Shown here piece after piece: positions 36,991 to 46,584 of a stretch of 64,000 nt of DNA. Both the position numbers and the translations under genes were made by a program. Numbering within the stretch: position 1 is the first letter of the stretch; the number at the start of each line of letters is the position of its first letter. The notes beneath the pieces are model-generated. The model did no database searches and had not been told where the DNA came from. It saw nothing but the letters and a program-made list of their open reading frames with translations. The stretch comes from Faecousia sp. (GTDB lineage Bacteria > Bacillota > Clostridia > Oscillospirales > Oscillospiraceae): the NCBI GenBank assembly GCA_045590815.1, contig JAZNRS010000026.1, positions 1,151 to 65,150 of the forward strand. The letters run 5' to 3'.

Positions 36991-39282
36991 TTACTGAAAC
37001 TGCAGCACGCCGTCTTTATAGGAGGCTTTGATTTTGGTGGGCTTTTTACTGTTTTGCAGAAGCAGGGATGCCAGGGGGCCTTCCACGTCCTCCTGCACCA
37101 GTCTGCGAAGCTGCCGTGCCCCCTCCTTTTTGCCACAGCGCCGTCCAAGACTGCCAGGCAGCTCCGCAGGCAGCTGAAGCTGGATACCCATGGCCTCCAG
37201 CCGGCTTTGGATCTGATGCAGATATTTTGCTGCTATGGCATCCATTGCCTGATGATCCAACGGCTCAAAATGCACCACTTGATCCAGCCGTCCCAAAAAT
37301 TCCGGGCTGAACGCCTGCCGCAGCGCTCCATCCGTCTGACCGCTTCTGCCCGTGGGCTGGAACCCCAATCCATCTCCACGGATCTCGCCGCCGATATTGG
37401 AGGTCATCACCACGATGGCATTTTTGAAGCTGACACGGCGACCGGTGGAATCTGTCAAACAGCCCTCCTCCATGATCTGCAGCAGGATCCCCGACACATC
37501 CCGGTGGGCTTTTTCCAATTCGTCCAGCAGCACCAGGCAGTAAGGTCTGCGGCGGACTGCCTCTGTCAGCTTGCCGCCCTCCTCATAGCCCACATATCCT
37601 GGCGGCGCACCGATAAGCCGGGACACCGACTGCTTTTCCATATACTCCGTCATATCCAGCCGAATCAGCGCATCCTTGCTGCCGTACAGCTCCTCCGCCA
37701 GCACACGGCACAGCTCTGTTTTGCCCACGCCGGTAGGCCCCGTGAACATCAGCGACGCAATAGGACGGTTTTCATCCCGCACACCGCTGAAGCCCCGGCG
37801 CACCGCATCCGCCACGGCTTTTACCGCCTTCTCCTGCCCCATCACCTTTTGCGCCAACACCGACTCCAATTTCAGCAATCGCTCCCGTTCATTGGCGGTG
37901 AGTCTGCCCACCGGGATGCCGGTGCGCGCGGACACAGCCCAGGCAACATCATTTCCCGTCACCACTCTCGGACGGCGATTCTCCGTCGGACGGACGGCGA
38001 TCTTTTGCATCCGGTCCCGCAGCTCCGCCGCCCGTTCATATCGGCTTTCCCGCACCGCCTCATGGAGCTCCTGCTCCAGATCCTGCCGACCCCGACCTTG
38101 GTTCAGCTCCTCCATCCGGGCATGGGCCGCGCCCTCGTCCAAAAGGTCAATGGCCTTATCCGGCAAATACAGATCCGGCAAGTACCGCACAGACAGCCGC
38201 ACCGCCTCTTTCATAGCTTCCTCGGTGATCCGCAGCCGGTGATGCCGCTCCAGCCCCGGTTTCAATCCACGCAAGATCGCCATGGTGGCATCCCGGTCCG
38301 GTTCCGCCACCGTCACCGGTCGGAACCGCCGCTCCAACGCCGGGTCTTTTTCAATATATTTCCGGTACTCCGCCAGGGTGGTCGCTCCAAGCATTTGCAG
38401 CTCTCCACGCCCCAGGGCAGGCTTGAAAATATTCGCCGCATCGATGGCTCCCTCCGCCGCACCGGCACCCACGATGGTGTGCATCTCGTCTACAAATAAA
38501 ATTACATCGCCGCTTCGGCGGATCTCCCCCAGTACATCCCGAAGCCGTTCCTCAAACTCTCCCCGATACTTGGTTCCTGCCACCAAATTAGCCATATTCA
38601 GGCTGATCAGCCGCTTTTCCTTCAGTTGCGGCGGCACATTGCCCACGGCCATCCGCTGGGCAAGTCCCTCGGCAATGGCGGTTTTGCCCACGCCGGGCTC
38701 GCCGATCAGGGCAGGATTGTTCTTATTTTTCCGACTCAGAATCCCGATGACCATATCAATCTCCCGCTCCCGGCCGATCACCGGATCCATGGACTGAGCC
38801 TTTTGGATCAGATCAATACTAAATTGCTCCAGCAGTTTCGTGGCAGTCCCCTCCTTTTTCCGTTTCGTTTCTCCGCCGGCAGATAAGTATTCCAAAGTAT
38901 CCGTAAAGAGCCCGTCGGTGTCCACCAGGCACAGCTCCGGAAGCGGCTGGCGCAGCAGACTCAGCAAAATATGGGCGCAGGTCACCTGGTGGCAGCCCAT
39001 CAGCTTCGCCTCCCGGGCGGCATGGCACAAGGTTTCCTCCGCACCCCTGCTCATCCCCTGGGGCAGCGGCAGATCCGCCGTGCCCACGCCGTATAAATGC
39101 TCCACAGCCTTCCGCAGCAGCTCCGGCTCCAAGCCGTTTTTTCGCACCAACAGCCCCAGCTGCCCTGGCAGCTCCGACAGCGCCAACAGCAAATGAATTT
39201 TCCCCACATAACTATGCCCCAAGCCCCGGGCTTGCCGTGCCGCCGCCAGCAAAAGCGTCGTCGCCTGCGTATCGTAGCGCAT
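36991..39282 (-). CDS. ClpC-like Clp protease ATPase with divergent N-domain
   Basis: GEPGVGKT and GPTGVGKT Walker A; UVR-type M domain (YERAAELRD); LGF ClpP-docking loop. Confidence 0.92.
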   Translation of the reverse strand: MRYDTQATTLLLAAARQARGLGHSYVGKIHLLLALSELPGQLGLLVRKNGLEPELLRKAVEHLYGVGTADLPLPQGMSRGAEETLCHAAREAKLMGCHQVTCAHILLSLLRQPLPELCLVDTDGLFTDTLEYLSAGGETKRKKEGTATKLLEQFSIDLIQKAQSMDPVIGREREIDMVIGILSRKNKNNPALIGEPGVGKTAIAEGLAQRMAVGNVPPQLKEKRLISLNMANLVAGTKYRGEFEERLRDVLGEIRRSGDVILFVDEMHTIVGAGAAEGAIDAANIFKPALGRGELQMLGATTLAEYRKYIEKDPALERRFRPVTVAEPDRDATMAILRGLKPGLERHHRLRITEEAMKEAVRLSVRYLPDLYLPDKAIDLLDEGAAHARMEELNQGRGRQDLEQELHEAVRESRYERAAELRDRMQKIAVRPTENRRPRVVTGNDVAWAVSARTGIPVGRLTANERERLLKLESVLAQKVMGQEKAVKAVADAVRRGFSGVRDENRPIASLMFTGPTGVGKTELCRVLAEELYGSKDALIRLDMTEYMEKQSVSRLIGAPPGYVGYEEGGKLTEAVRRRPYCLVLLDELEKAHRDVSGILLQIMEEGCLTDSTGRRVSFKNAIVVMTSNIGGEIRGDGLGFQPTGRSGQTDGALRQAFSPEFLGRLDQVVHFEPLDHQAMDAIAAKYLHQIQSRLEAMGIQLQLPAELPGSLGRRCGKKEGARQLRRLVQEDVEGPLASLLLQNSKKPTKIKASYKDGVLQFQ

Positions 39283-39304
39283 CCATATCACTCCTCACCC
39301 GGAT

Positions 39305-39334
39305 GATTCTCCCCGGAGGCGAGAAAAAATATAC
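39305..39334 (-). promoter_or_regulatory. Sigma-F-like (forespore) promoter
   Basis: GTATA-15 bp-GGGGAGAATC fits GYATA-N15-GGnRAnAnT. Confidence 0.5.
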
Positions 39335-39433
39335 CGCAGAGCGAAAAAAGGATTGCATTTTCCGAAATCCATGCTAGAATAAAGATACGCCGATCCGTCG
39401 GCGTGCCATAAATACATACATGGAGGGAAAATC

Positions 39434-39604
39434 ATGGCTTACAATATCACTGACGCTTGCGTCAAGTGCGGCGCTTGCGCTGACAACTGCCCCGTGGAGG
39501 CTATCTCCGAAGGCGAAGACAAGTACGTCATCGATGCCGACGTTTGCGTCAGCTGCGGCGCTTGCGCTGACAACTGCCCCACTGAAGCTATCGAGGAAGG
39601 CTGA
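39434..39604 (+). CDS. 2x[4Fe-4S] clostridial ferredoxin (56 aa, missed by the ORF track)
   Basis: MAYNITDACVKCGACADNCP...CVSCGACADNCPTEAIEEG; RBS GGAGGG. Confidence 0.95.
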   Translation: MAYNITDACVKCGACADNCPVEAISEGEDKYVIDADVCVSCGACADNCPTEAIEEG

Positions 39605-39676
39605 TTCTAAAGAATCGCAAGTGGCCTGCGCACTTAAGTTAGTTGCGCAGGCCCTATTTTTTCATCTGGAGGCAAC

Positions 39677-40363
39677 ATGGAAACTTTGCGTGGCGGTCTG
39701 ACCCTGGAGCTCCCGGAGGGGGTGTTCCCCTTGAGTACGGATTCCGTACTGTTGGCAGATTTTGTCCGGCTGAAAGCCGGCGCTGCCGTGCTGGATCTTT
39801 GCTCCGGCGGCGGCACTTTGGGTATGCTTCTTTGCGCCCGGGATGCCGGCTGCGACGTCACCGGCGTCGAGCTGGATGCCGCTGCCCATGAGGCAGCCCT
39901 GGAAAATATCCGCCGCAACAACCTTTCCCGCTTGCACAGTATATGCGCCGATGTGCGCCAGGTGAACCGGTTGTTTCAGCCGGGGAGCTTTCATGTGTGC
40001 GTCGCCAATCCCCCCTATTTTACCGGCGGTCCTGCCAGCAAGGCATCCCCCACCGCACGGCGTGAGGATCTTTGCACAGTTGATGAACTGTTTCAAGCGG
40101 CGGCATGGGCGCTGCGCTATGGGGGCGACTTTTTCCTTGTACATAAACCGGAGCGGCTTGGGCAGCTTTGCGGCTGTGCGGTGAAGGCTGGTTTGGAGCC
40201 GAAACGGCTGCGGCTGGTGCGCCACCGGGCAGGTGGCGAAGTTAGCCTCATCCTGCTCGGGTGCCGCAAAGGCGGCAAGCCCGGTCTTGTTTGGGAGGAA
40301 CTGACCCTATTCGACGAAAACGGTCAGCCCACCCCGGAATATAACGAAATTTATCACATTTAG
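39677..40363 (+). CDS. tRNA1(Val) A37 N6-methyltransferase-like (YabB)
   Basis: STDSVLLA, LDLCSGGG, NPPYF, EPKRLR; upstream of rsmI. Confidence 0.85.
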   Translation: METLRGGLTLELPEGVFPLSTDSVLLADFVRLKAGAAVLDLCSGGGTLGMLLCARDAGCDVTGVELDAAAHEAALENIRRNNLSRLHSICADVRQVNRLFQPGSFHVCVANPPYFTGGPASKASPTARREDLCTVDELFQAAAWALRYGGDFFLVHKPERLGQLCGCAVKAGLEPKRLRLVRHRAGGEVSLILLGCRKGGKPGLVWEELTLFDENGQPTPEYNEIYHI

Positions 40364-40374
40364 GAGGCATTCCC

Positions 40375-41211
40375 ATGGCTGGTATGCTGTATCTGGTCCC
40401 TACGCCCATCGGCAATCTGGGCGACATCTCCACCCGCTGTCGGGAAACCCTGGAGACGGCGGACTTCATTGCGGCGGAGGACACCCGTGTGTCGCTGAAG
40501 CTGCTGAATCATTTGGGCATCAAAAAAAGCCTTGTCAGCTACTACGAGCACAACAAGGCGTTCAAAGGAAATGCTATCGTGGAGCGGATCCTGGCCGGGG
40601 AAACCTGCGCGCTGGTATCTGATGCAGGCAGTCCCGCCATTTCCGATCCCGGCGAGGATCTGGTCAAGCAATGCGCCGAGGCCGGCATCACCGTCTGCGC
40701 CATTCCGGGACCTTGCGCCGTGATCACCGCATTGAGCATTTCCGGTCAGGCTACCGGCAGATTTTGCTTTGAGGGCTTCCTGTCCACAGCAAAAAAGAGC
40801 CGCCGGGAGCATTTGGAAAGCCTTGCCGCTGAGCAGCGCACCATGATCTTCTACGAAGCACCTCACAAGCTCCTCTCCACCCTGGAGGACATGGCTGAGG
40901 TATTCGGAAATGATCGTCCCATCAGCCTCTGCCGGGAGCTGACCAAGCTCCACGAGGAAGTGGTACGCACCACATTGGGCGAAGCCATTGAAAAATACAC
41001 CGCACAGCCTCCCAAGGGGGAATTTGTGCTGGTTGTCGCCGGTGCACCGGCAGTGGAAAAAGAAAGCGCCACCGCCGAAGATGCGGCAGCCCACGTTCGG
41101 GCGCTGATGGAAACCGGACTGAGCCGAAAGGATGCCATCAAGCAGACCGCCAAGGAATTGGATCTGCCGAAAAATGTGGTCTACGATGCGGCGCTGCAAC
41201 TGGATGAATAA
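40375..41211 (+). CDS. rsmI: 16S rRNA Cm1402 methyltransferase
   Basis: TPIGNLGD, SDAGSPAISDPG, RELTKLHEE. Confidence 0.96.
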   Translation: MAGMLYLVPTPIGNLGDISTRCRETLETADFIAAEDTRVSLKLLNHLGIKKSLVSYYEHNKAFKGNAIVERILAGETCALVSDAGSPAISDPGEDLVKQCAEAGITVCAIPGPCAVITALSISGQATGRFCFEGFLSTAKKSRREHLESLAAEQRTMIFYEAPHKLLSTLEDMAEVFGNDRPISLCRELTKLHEEVVRTTLGEAIEKYTAQPPKGEFVLVVAGAPAVEKESATAEDAAAHVRALMETGLSRKDAIKQTAKELDLPKNVVYDAALQLDE

Positions 41212-41215
41212 AGAG

Positions 41216-41246
41216 AATCGCGACAGCTGATAGCTGTCGCGATTTT
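41216..41246. terminator. Bidirectional terminator
   Basis: AATCGCGACAGCT-GAT-AGCTGTCGCGATTTTT. Confidence 0.8.
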
Positions 41247-41251
41247 TGTCT

Positions 41252-41494
41252 TTAAACTCTGCCCATATTGCGGACGCACTCACGGCAAACATTCTTGCCC
41301 CGGTAATTAACCAGACCGTCTGAGGATGAACAGAATACGCAGGAAGGTTCAAACTTCTGGAGCACGATCCGATCATTATCCATGTAGATCTCCAATTCAT
41401 CCCGCTCTGCGATATCTAAGGTTCGCCGCAGTTCAATTGGCAGCACGATTCTGCCCAGTTCGTCCACTTTACGAATGATACCCGTTGACTTCAT
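41252..41494 (-). CDS. abrB: AbrB family transition-state regulator
   Basis: MKSTGIIRKVDELGRIVLPIELRR; C-terminal CxxC...CxxC. Confidence 0.93.
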   Translation of the reverse strand: MKSTGIIRKVDELGRIVLPIELRRTLDIAERDELEIYMDNDRIVLQKFEPSCVFCSSSDGLVNYRGKNVCRECVRNMGRV

Positions 41495-41579
41495 ATAGCA
41501 GCCCCTCCTTTCCTCAATAAATTCTTAAATCGGCACCGTCCACCGGTGGTGCACATAACGCCTAATTTAATTTATCACT

Positions 41580-41608
41580 ATTATAAACAACCTTTGTTGT
41601 GTTGTCAA
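41580..41608 (-). promoter_or_regulatory. Sigma-A promoter of abrB
   Basis: TTGACA-17 bp-TATAAT. Confidence 0.85.
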
Positions 41609-41695
41609 ATACTTTTTTCATAAAAAGTAACTTTTTGTAATATTTTCCGGTGATTTCATCAAATTTCTCAGCATATTATCCAAAAGAAAGAGGGT

Positions 41696-42283
41696 GTGAA
41701 CTTGATTATAAGTTGGATATGGACAATATTGGTATTTTTTTCCCTGGTTGCTTCGGTCATTCTTGACAGAAGTACACTCCTTGCGGCGGCCACCATCGAG
41801 GGCGCTCAGAGCGGCATCACCCTGGCAATTGCCATGGCAGGCTCCATTTGTCTTTGGTCGGGGGTTGGCAATCTCATGGACAAGGCCGGGATCACCGGCA
41901 TTCTGGCGAAGCTTCTGCGTCCGATTTTGCATCACACCTTCCCCGGCTCAAAGACAGATCCTGCCCTTTCCCGGGATCTCAGCGCCAACATCTGCGCCAA
42001 CATTCTGGGTCTGGGCAACGCCGCTACCCCCATGGGTATCCGTGCCGCCAAACGGATGGTGGATCCAAAGCGTCCCGGTGTGGCGACTAATCAGCTTTGC
42101 CGGCTTATCGTGCTGAACACCGCTTCCATCCAGCTTATTCCGGCAAATGTGGCGGCGATACGACTTGCGGCGGGCTGCGCCAAGCCATACGACATTCTTC
42201 CGGCGGTCTGGGTGACAAGTATCTGCTCTGCCGCAGTGGGTCTGCTCAGCGCATTTTTACTGGGGAGGCTGTGGCGTGAGTGA
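41696..42283 (+). CDS. spmA: Spore maturation protein A
   Basis: ANILGLGNAATPMG, NTASIQLIP. Confidence 0.93.
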   Translation: MNLIISWIWTILVFFSLVASVILDRSTLLAAATIEGAQSGITLAIAMAGSICLWSGVGNLMDKAGITGILAKLLRPILHHTFPGSKTDPALSRDLSANICANILGLGNAATPMGIRAAKRMVDPKRPGVATNQLCRLIVLNTASIQLIPANVAAIRLAAGCAKPYDILPAVWVTSICSAAVGLLSAFLLGRLWRE

Positions 42284-42791
42284 TTACATCGTACCGATCC
42301 TGCTTTTGCTCTCCTGCGCCGTGGCATTGCGCAAAAAGGCAGATCCATACAATCTGATGCTGGACGGTGCCGCCGAGGGTTTGCGTTTGGTTGCGACCAT
42401 TACCCCTACTCTGGTACTGCTCCTCACAGCGGTATCCATGCTCCGGGCCTCCGGTGCGGTGGAGCTGATGAGCCGGTTCTTCTCCCCGGTATTCTCCTTT
42501 TTTCATATTCCTCCGGAAACTGCCATGCTGATATTGATCCGTCCCATCAGCGGCAGCGCCGCCCTTGCGGTGGGTGCGGAGCTGATCATGGAGCATGGAG
42601 CGGATTCTCTGGTCGGGCGCACCGCCGCCATTATGCTGGGCTCAACGGAAACCACCTTTTACGCCATCAGCGTCTATTTCGGCGCCGCCGGGATCAAAAA
42701 GACCCGCTACACCGTCATCGCTGCCCTGCTTGCGGACATGACCGGCTTTATCGTGGCATCCATCACCGCCAGAATTTTCTTCACAGGATAA
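42276..42791 (+). CDS. spmB: Spore maturation protein B
   Basis: RPISGS, GSTETTFYAISVYFG. Confidence 0.93.
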   Translation: MSDYIVPILLLLSCAVALRKKADPYNLMLDGAAEGLRLVATITPTLVLLLTAVSMLRASGAVELMSRFFSPVFSFFHIPPETAMLILIRPISGSAALAVGAELIMEHGADSLVGRTAAIMLGSTETTFYAISVYFGAAGIKKTRYTVIAALLADMTGFIVASITARIFFTG

Positions 42792-42831
42792 GGAACTAGC
42801 GCCTCAAAGTGCTTTGTTTCAGTCCTTTTTG

Positions 42832-42876
42832 GGGGATTGCCATACCAGTGACATCGGTCACCGGTTCGCAATGACA
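42832..42876 (+). repeat. Family A repeat, single unit
   Basis: GGGATTGCCATACCAGTGAC...GTCACCGGTTCGCAATGACA. Confidence 0.85.
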
Positions 42877-42925
42877 GTTCTTTGCAAATTTTAAGGGCGT
42901 GCAGACAAGCTGCACGCCCAAAATT

Positions 42926-43360
42926 TTATTCTTCTTCCACGTCGTCAAAGGTGAATTCCAGCGTTTCGCCGCAGTTATCGCAGATCATGCTGCCGGCCTC
43001 CAGGGTCTCCTCGTCGAAGCACATGATATTGCCGCAGGCACACTCTACTTCGTAGATGATGCTGTCCTCGTCGCCGAAGTCGAAGCCCTCGTCCTCGAAG
43101 TCGTCGTCATCATAATCAAAGTCGAAGTCGTCCTCATCCTCGTCCAGGATGTAGTCCTCGATGGCGTCCAGATCCTCTTCGATCTCGTCCAGCTCGTCGG
43201 AAATGGCAATGGTGGTCTCCTCAACATCGTGCAGACGCTTGGTCAGGTCGCCCAACAGCTCCACGATGCCGGCGATCATCTTGCCCTCGGCCTTCTCGGT
43301 GTCCAGGTTCAGACCGTCCATCAGACCCTTCAGATATGCGGCCTTCTCATAAATAGTCAT
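42926..43360 (-). CDS. CD1247-like acidic protein with C-terminal Zn ribbon
   Basis: EKAAYLKGL; Asp/Glu tract; CACG and CDNCG; follows efp. Confidence 0.8.
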   Translation of the reverse strand: MTIYEKAAYLKGLMDGLNLDTEKAEGKMIAGIVELLGDLTKRLHDVEETTIAISDELDEIEEDLDAIEDYILDEDEDDFDFDYDDDDFEDEGFDFGDEDSIIYEVECACGNIMCFDEETLEAGSMICDNCGETLEFTFDDVEEE

Positions 43361-43380
43361 AGTCGTTCTCCTTTCATAAG

Positions 43381-43420
43381 GGGATTGCCACGCCAGTGTG
43401 CGCACTGGCTCGCAATGACA
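43381..43420 (+). repeat. Family A repeat, single unit
   Basis: GGGATTGCCACGCCAGTGTGCGCACTGGCTCGCAATGACA. Confidence 0.9.
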
Positions 43421-43434
43421 GAATAATTTACAGA

Positions 43435-43998
43435 TTAAGCCTTGGAGCGACCCAGGTACTCACCGGTACGGGTGTCGATCTGGATCTTGTCGCCCTCGTT
43501 GATGAACAGGGGCACCTTCACCTCAGCGCCGGTCTCAACGGTAGCGGGCTTGGTGACGTTGGTAGCGGTGTTACCGGCGAAGCCAGGCTCGGTCTCGGTA
43601 ACGACCAGGTCAACAAAGTTGGGGACTTCCACGCCGAAGACCTTGCCCTTGTAGCTCATGACGGTGCAGATGTCGTTCTCCTTGACGAACTTGAAGGAAT
43701 CGTCCAGGTTGCTGCTGTCGATGGGCTCCAGCTCATAGGTCTCCTGGTCCATGAAGTAGTACAGCTCGCCATCGTTGTAGGAGTACTCCATCTTCTTTCT
43801 CTCAATGAAAGCGGTGGGGAACTTGGCAGAGGGGTTCAGAGAGGTTTCGGTCACGCCGCCGGTGATGACGTTCTTCATCTTGACGCGGACGAAAGCCGCA
43901 CCCTTACCGGGCTTAACGTGCTGGAACTCGATGACCTGCATAACCTTGCCGTCCAGCTCGAAGGTAATGCCGTTTCTAATATCGCCTGCAGAAATCAT
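43435..43998 (-). CDS. efp: Elongation factor P
   Basis: [24 protein letters not shown]. Confidence 0.98.
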   Translation of the reverse strand: MISAGDIRNGITFELDGKVMQVIEFQHVKPGKGAAFVRVKMKNVITGGVTETSLNPSAKFPTAFIERKKMEYSYNDGELYYFMDQETYELEPIDSSNLDDSFKFVKENDICTVMSYKGKVFGVEVPNFVDLVVTETEPGFAGNTATNVTKPATVETGAEVKVPLFINEGDKIQIDTRTGEYLGRSKA

Positions 43999-44110
43999 TT
44001 TTCATATCCTCCTAAATTGCTCTCCCTTTCGGGGGCGAAGTATTTACATTTCTTAGCTGATATATTCTAACCGAAATTCCGGAATTTTTCAAGGGGGAAA
44101 CGGAATTTTT

Positions 44111-45175
44111 TCAGACAATTATCAAATTTTTCGGGCTTTGGGTCAAAATTTCGCAGCCATCGGCGGTGAAAACCACCACATCCTCGATTCTGACACCGAA
44201 TTTTCCCGGCAAATAGATCCCCGGCTCAGCGGAGGAAACCATGTTTTCCTCCATCACCGCACGGCTCGCCGGACTGCAACTGGGCAGCTCGTGGACTTCC
44301 AGACCAAGGCTATGCCCATAGCCGTGACCGAAATAAGCGCCGCAACCGGCATCGGTGATCACCTTCCGGGCGGCACCGTCAATGTCAGCGCCGGTTACTC
44401 CGGCACGGCTGGCAGCAATGCCCGCAAGCTGCGCCTGGAGCACCGTGTTGTAGACCGCTTCCATCTCCTCTGTGGCGTAGCCCAGGGCAACGGTACGGGT
44501 CATATCGGAGCAATAGCCCTGATAGATCACGCCGAAATCCATGGTGATGAAGTCGCCCTTTTGGAGCTTCCGGTCACCGGGCACGCCGTGGGGCAAGCTG
44601 GTATTGGGTCCGGACACCACGATGGGCTCAAAGGACAGTCCCTCGCCGCCGTTTTTCAGCAGGCAGTACACCAGCTCCGCCGCCAGTTCCTTTTCGGTGA
44701 TCCCCTCCCGAATCCGGGGAAGAATTTCCGCAAACGCCGCATCGGTAATTTCCTGCGCCTTGCGCATCCGCTCCAGCTCATAGGGTTCCTTGATCTGACG
44801 GAATTTTGCAATTTTTTCGTGCATGGGAACCAGCTTGGCGTTCAAGGACTTCTCGAATCCCATGAATTCTGCCACAGTCATGTAGGCTTCTTCATAGCCC
44901 AACGCTGTTACACCAAAATCCGCAATGGCATCATTCAGCAGCTTCGTATAGGGGTTCGCCCGGTTCATTTCGATGACTTCAAAGCCACGGATGCCGCTTT
45001 GGGCAGACTCGATATACCGGCTGTCGGTGAAATAGCGGCAGCCCTTTTGGGTGACAATGGCGATGCCCTCGGCGATATCAAATTCCGCACCGTAGTGACG
45101 GCTGAACCTGCTGGTCAGCAGCAGGCCGTCCACCTCGCCGTCCAGCAGGGAGATATATTTTTCAAGATTCTTCAT
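44111..45175 (-). CDS. Xaa-Pro aminopeptidase (M24)
   Basis: YCSDMTRT, GHSLGLEVHE, EPGIY, GVRIED. Confidence 0.93.
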   Translation of the reverse strand: MKNLEKYISLLDGEVDGLLLTSRFSRHYGAEFDIAEGIAIVTQKGCRYFTDSRYIESAQSGIRGFEVIEMNRANPYTKLLNDAIADFGVTALGYEEAYMTVAEFMGFEKSLNAKLVPMHEKIAKFRQIKEPYELERMRKAQEITDAAFAEILPRIREGITEKELAAELVYCLLKNGGEGLSFEPIVVSGPNTSLPHGVPGDRKLQKGDFITMDFGVIYQGYCSDMTRTVALGYATEEMEAVYNTVLQAQLAGIAASRAGVTGADIDGAARKVITDAGCGAYFGHGYGHSLGLEVHELPSCSPASRAVMEENMVSSAEPGIYLPGKFGVRIEDVVVFTADGCEILTQSPKNLIIV

Positions 45176-45674
45176 GGGTAATTTTCCTTCCTTTGGCAAT
45201 ATAAATGAAGGGCAGCTCCGCAACGTGCCGCAGCTTCAGCCAGATATTGTGATTGTCGATGGCTTTGACCAAAATGGAGCGCACACCGCAGCCATTGGCG
45301 CCCAGGGTGTCGGTAAAGATCTGGTCGCCCACCAATGCGCAATCCTCTGCCGGGTACTGAAACTGCTCCATGCATTGGCGAATGCCTTTGGAAAAAGGTT
45401 TTTTCGCATGGGTGATGCAGTTTAAGCCGTATTTTTTGCAAAAACGGGGCACCCGATCGTTTTTTGAATTGGAAACGATGCAGATCTGGATCCCCGAGGC
45501 CTTCATTCCAGCCAGCCAGCCAGCCATCAGCGTAGTGGGCTTGCTGGTGGTATAGGGCACGATGGTGTTATCAAAATCCAGCATCAGCAGCTTGATGCCC
45601 TGGCTATGGAGAAATTGCGGTGTCAAGTCTGTCAGCGCATCGGTCATCATGGTCGGCAGAAAAGAAATGGACAT
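45162..45674 (-). CDS. yqeG: YqeG family HAD IIIA phosphatase
   Basis: LDFDNTI, VSN, AKKP, VGDQIFTD. Confidence 0.9.
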   Translation of the reverse strand: MSISFLPTMMTDALTDLTPQFLHSQGIKLLMLDFDNTIVPYTTSKPTTLMAGWLAGMKASGIQICIVSNSKNDRVPRFCKKYGLNCITHAKKPFSKGIRQCMEQFQYPAEDCALVGDQIFTDTLGANGCGVRSILVKAIDNHNIWLKLRHVAELPFIYIAKGRKITHEES

Positions 45675-45735
45675 AAGCAAAAGCTCCCATTCATACAATA
45701 TAGAAATATCTTATCACAAAAGGAGGGGTTTGTCC

Positions 45736-46437
45736 ATGGCAATCCGGCAGTTTCTCGCCATGACACCCGGGGAAATCCTGGGTGCGGCGGTGCTCCCTGA
45801 GAATTTGGGATGGATGGGCTGCCGTTTTTCTTCCAGCGGCAGGGGGCTGACGGAGATCCCCAAGGCGCTTCCAAAAGGCTCTCTTTTGATCATCACCGAT
45901 GAAACGCCCCCGGTTGGACATGACCCCATACAGATTTGTGAGGAAGCCGCTGGGGTTGCCGAAAAGCTTGGATGCTGTGGAATTTTGTTGGATTTTCAGC
46001 GGCCAAATCATCCGGAAAACAGGACAATTGCGGCAGAATTATCACAAAATGCGTCTTGTCCGGTGGCGATTTCTGAAGCTTATGCCGATGGTATCGACTG
46101 CCCGGTCTTTTTATCGCCGGTGCCGCCTCATGTGCCGCCGGAGGCGTATTTTCAGCCGTGGCGGGGACGGGAGATTTGGCTGGAGCTGGCGCTGGACGGG
46201 GTTGATATTGCCGTCACAAAGGATGGGAGCTCCTTCACCCCCGTCCCCTACCCCTCTGCTGCAGAACATATGCATCGGGATGATCTGTTGTGTTGCCATT
46301 ATTCCACGGAGGTATCCCCCGAGGTCATCCGGTTTCACCTGCTGCGCACAAAGGAGGATGTCCAAGACCTGCTGAACATTTGTGAACCCTTCCATGTCAC
46401 CACCGCAGTTGGGCTGTACCAGGAGTTTGGAGGATAA
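45736..46437 (+). CDS. Hypothetical protein
   Basis: RBS AAGGAGG, 233-aa ORF, no recognised family. Confidence 0.65.
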   Translation: MAIRQFLAMTPGEILGAAVLPENLGWMGCRFSSSGRGLTEIPKALPKGSLLIITDETPPVGHDPIQICEEAAGVAEKLGCCGILLDFQRPNHPENRTIAAELSQNASCPVAISEAYADGIDCPVFLSPVPPHVPPEAYFQPWRGREIWLELALDGVDIAVTKDGSSFTPVPYPSAAEHMHRDDLLCCHYSTEVSPEVIRFHLLRTKEDVQDLLNICEPFHVTTAVGLYQEFGG

Positions 46438-46448
46438 TTGTTTTTTTC

Positions 46449-46523
46449 GTAGTGCGGGGGCTTGCCCCCCGCCGCCTATGAACTGCGCCTACGGCGACGG
46501 CGGGGTCATGACCCCGCCCTACA
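46449..46523. repeat. Inverted pair of GTAG-type REPs
   Basis: GTAGTGCGGGGGCTTGCCCCCCGC...GGCGGGGTCATGACCCCGCCCTAC. Confidence 0.7.
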
Positions 46524-46548
46524 AAAGTTTTTCCCAAGCAGCCAAAAG

Positions 46549-46578
46549 AAAACCCGCTCTGGTAATCCAGAGCGGGTT
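46549..46578 (-). terminator. Terminator, near-duplicate of the rpsU terminator
   Basis: AAAACCCGCTCTGG-TAAT-CCAGAGCGGGTT. Confidence 0.8.
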
Positions 46579-46584
46579 GCTCAT

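Noticed and set aside
43396-44070. ORFs or N-terminal extensions reading QCAHWLAMT / MRTLAWQSP
   Set aside because: These are translations of the family A repeat, not real proteins; starts were moved to RBS-supported ATGs.
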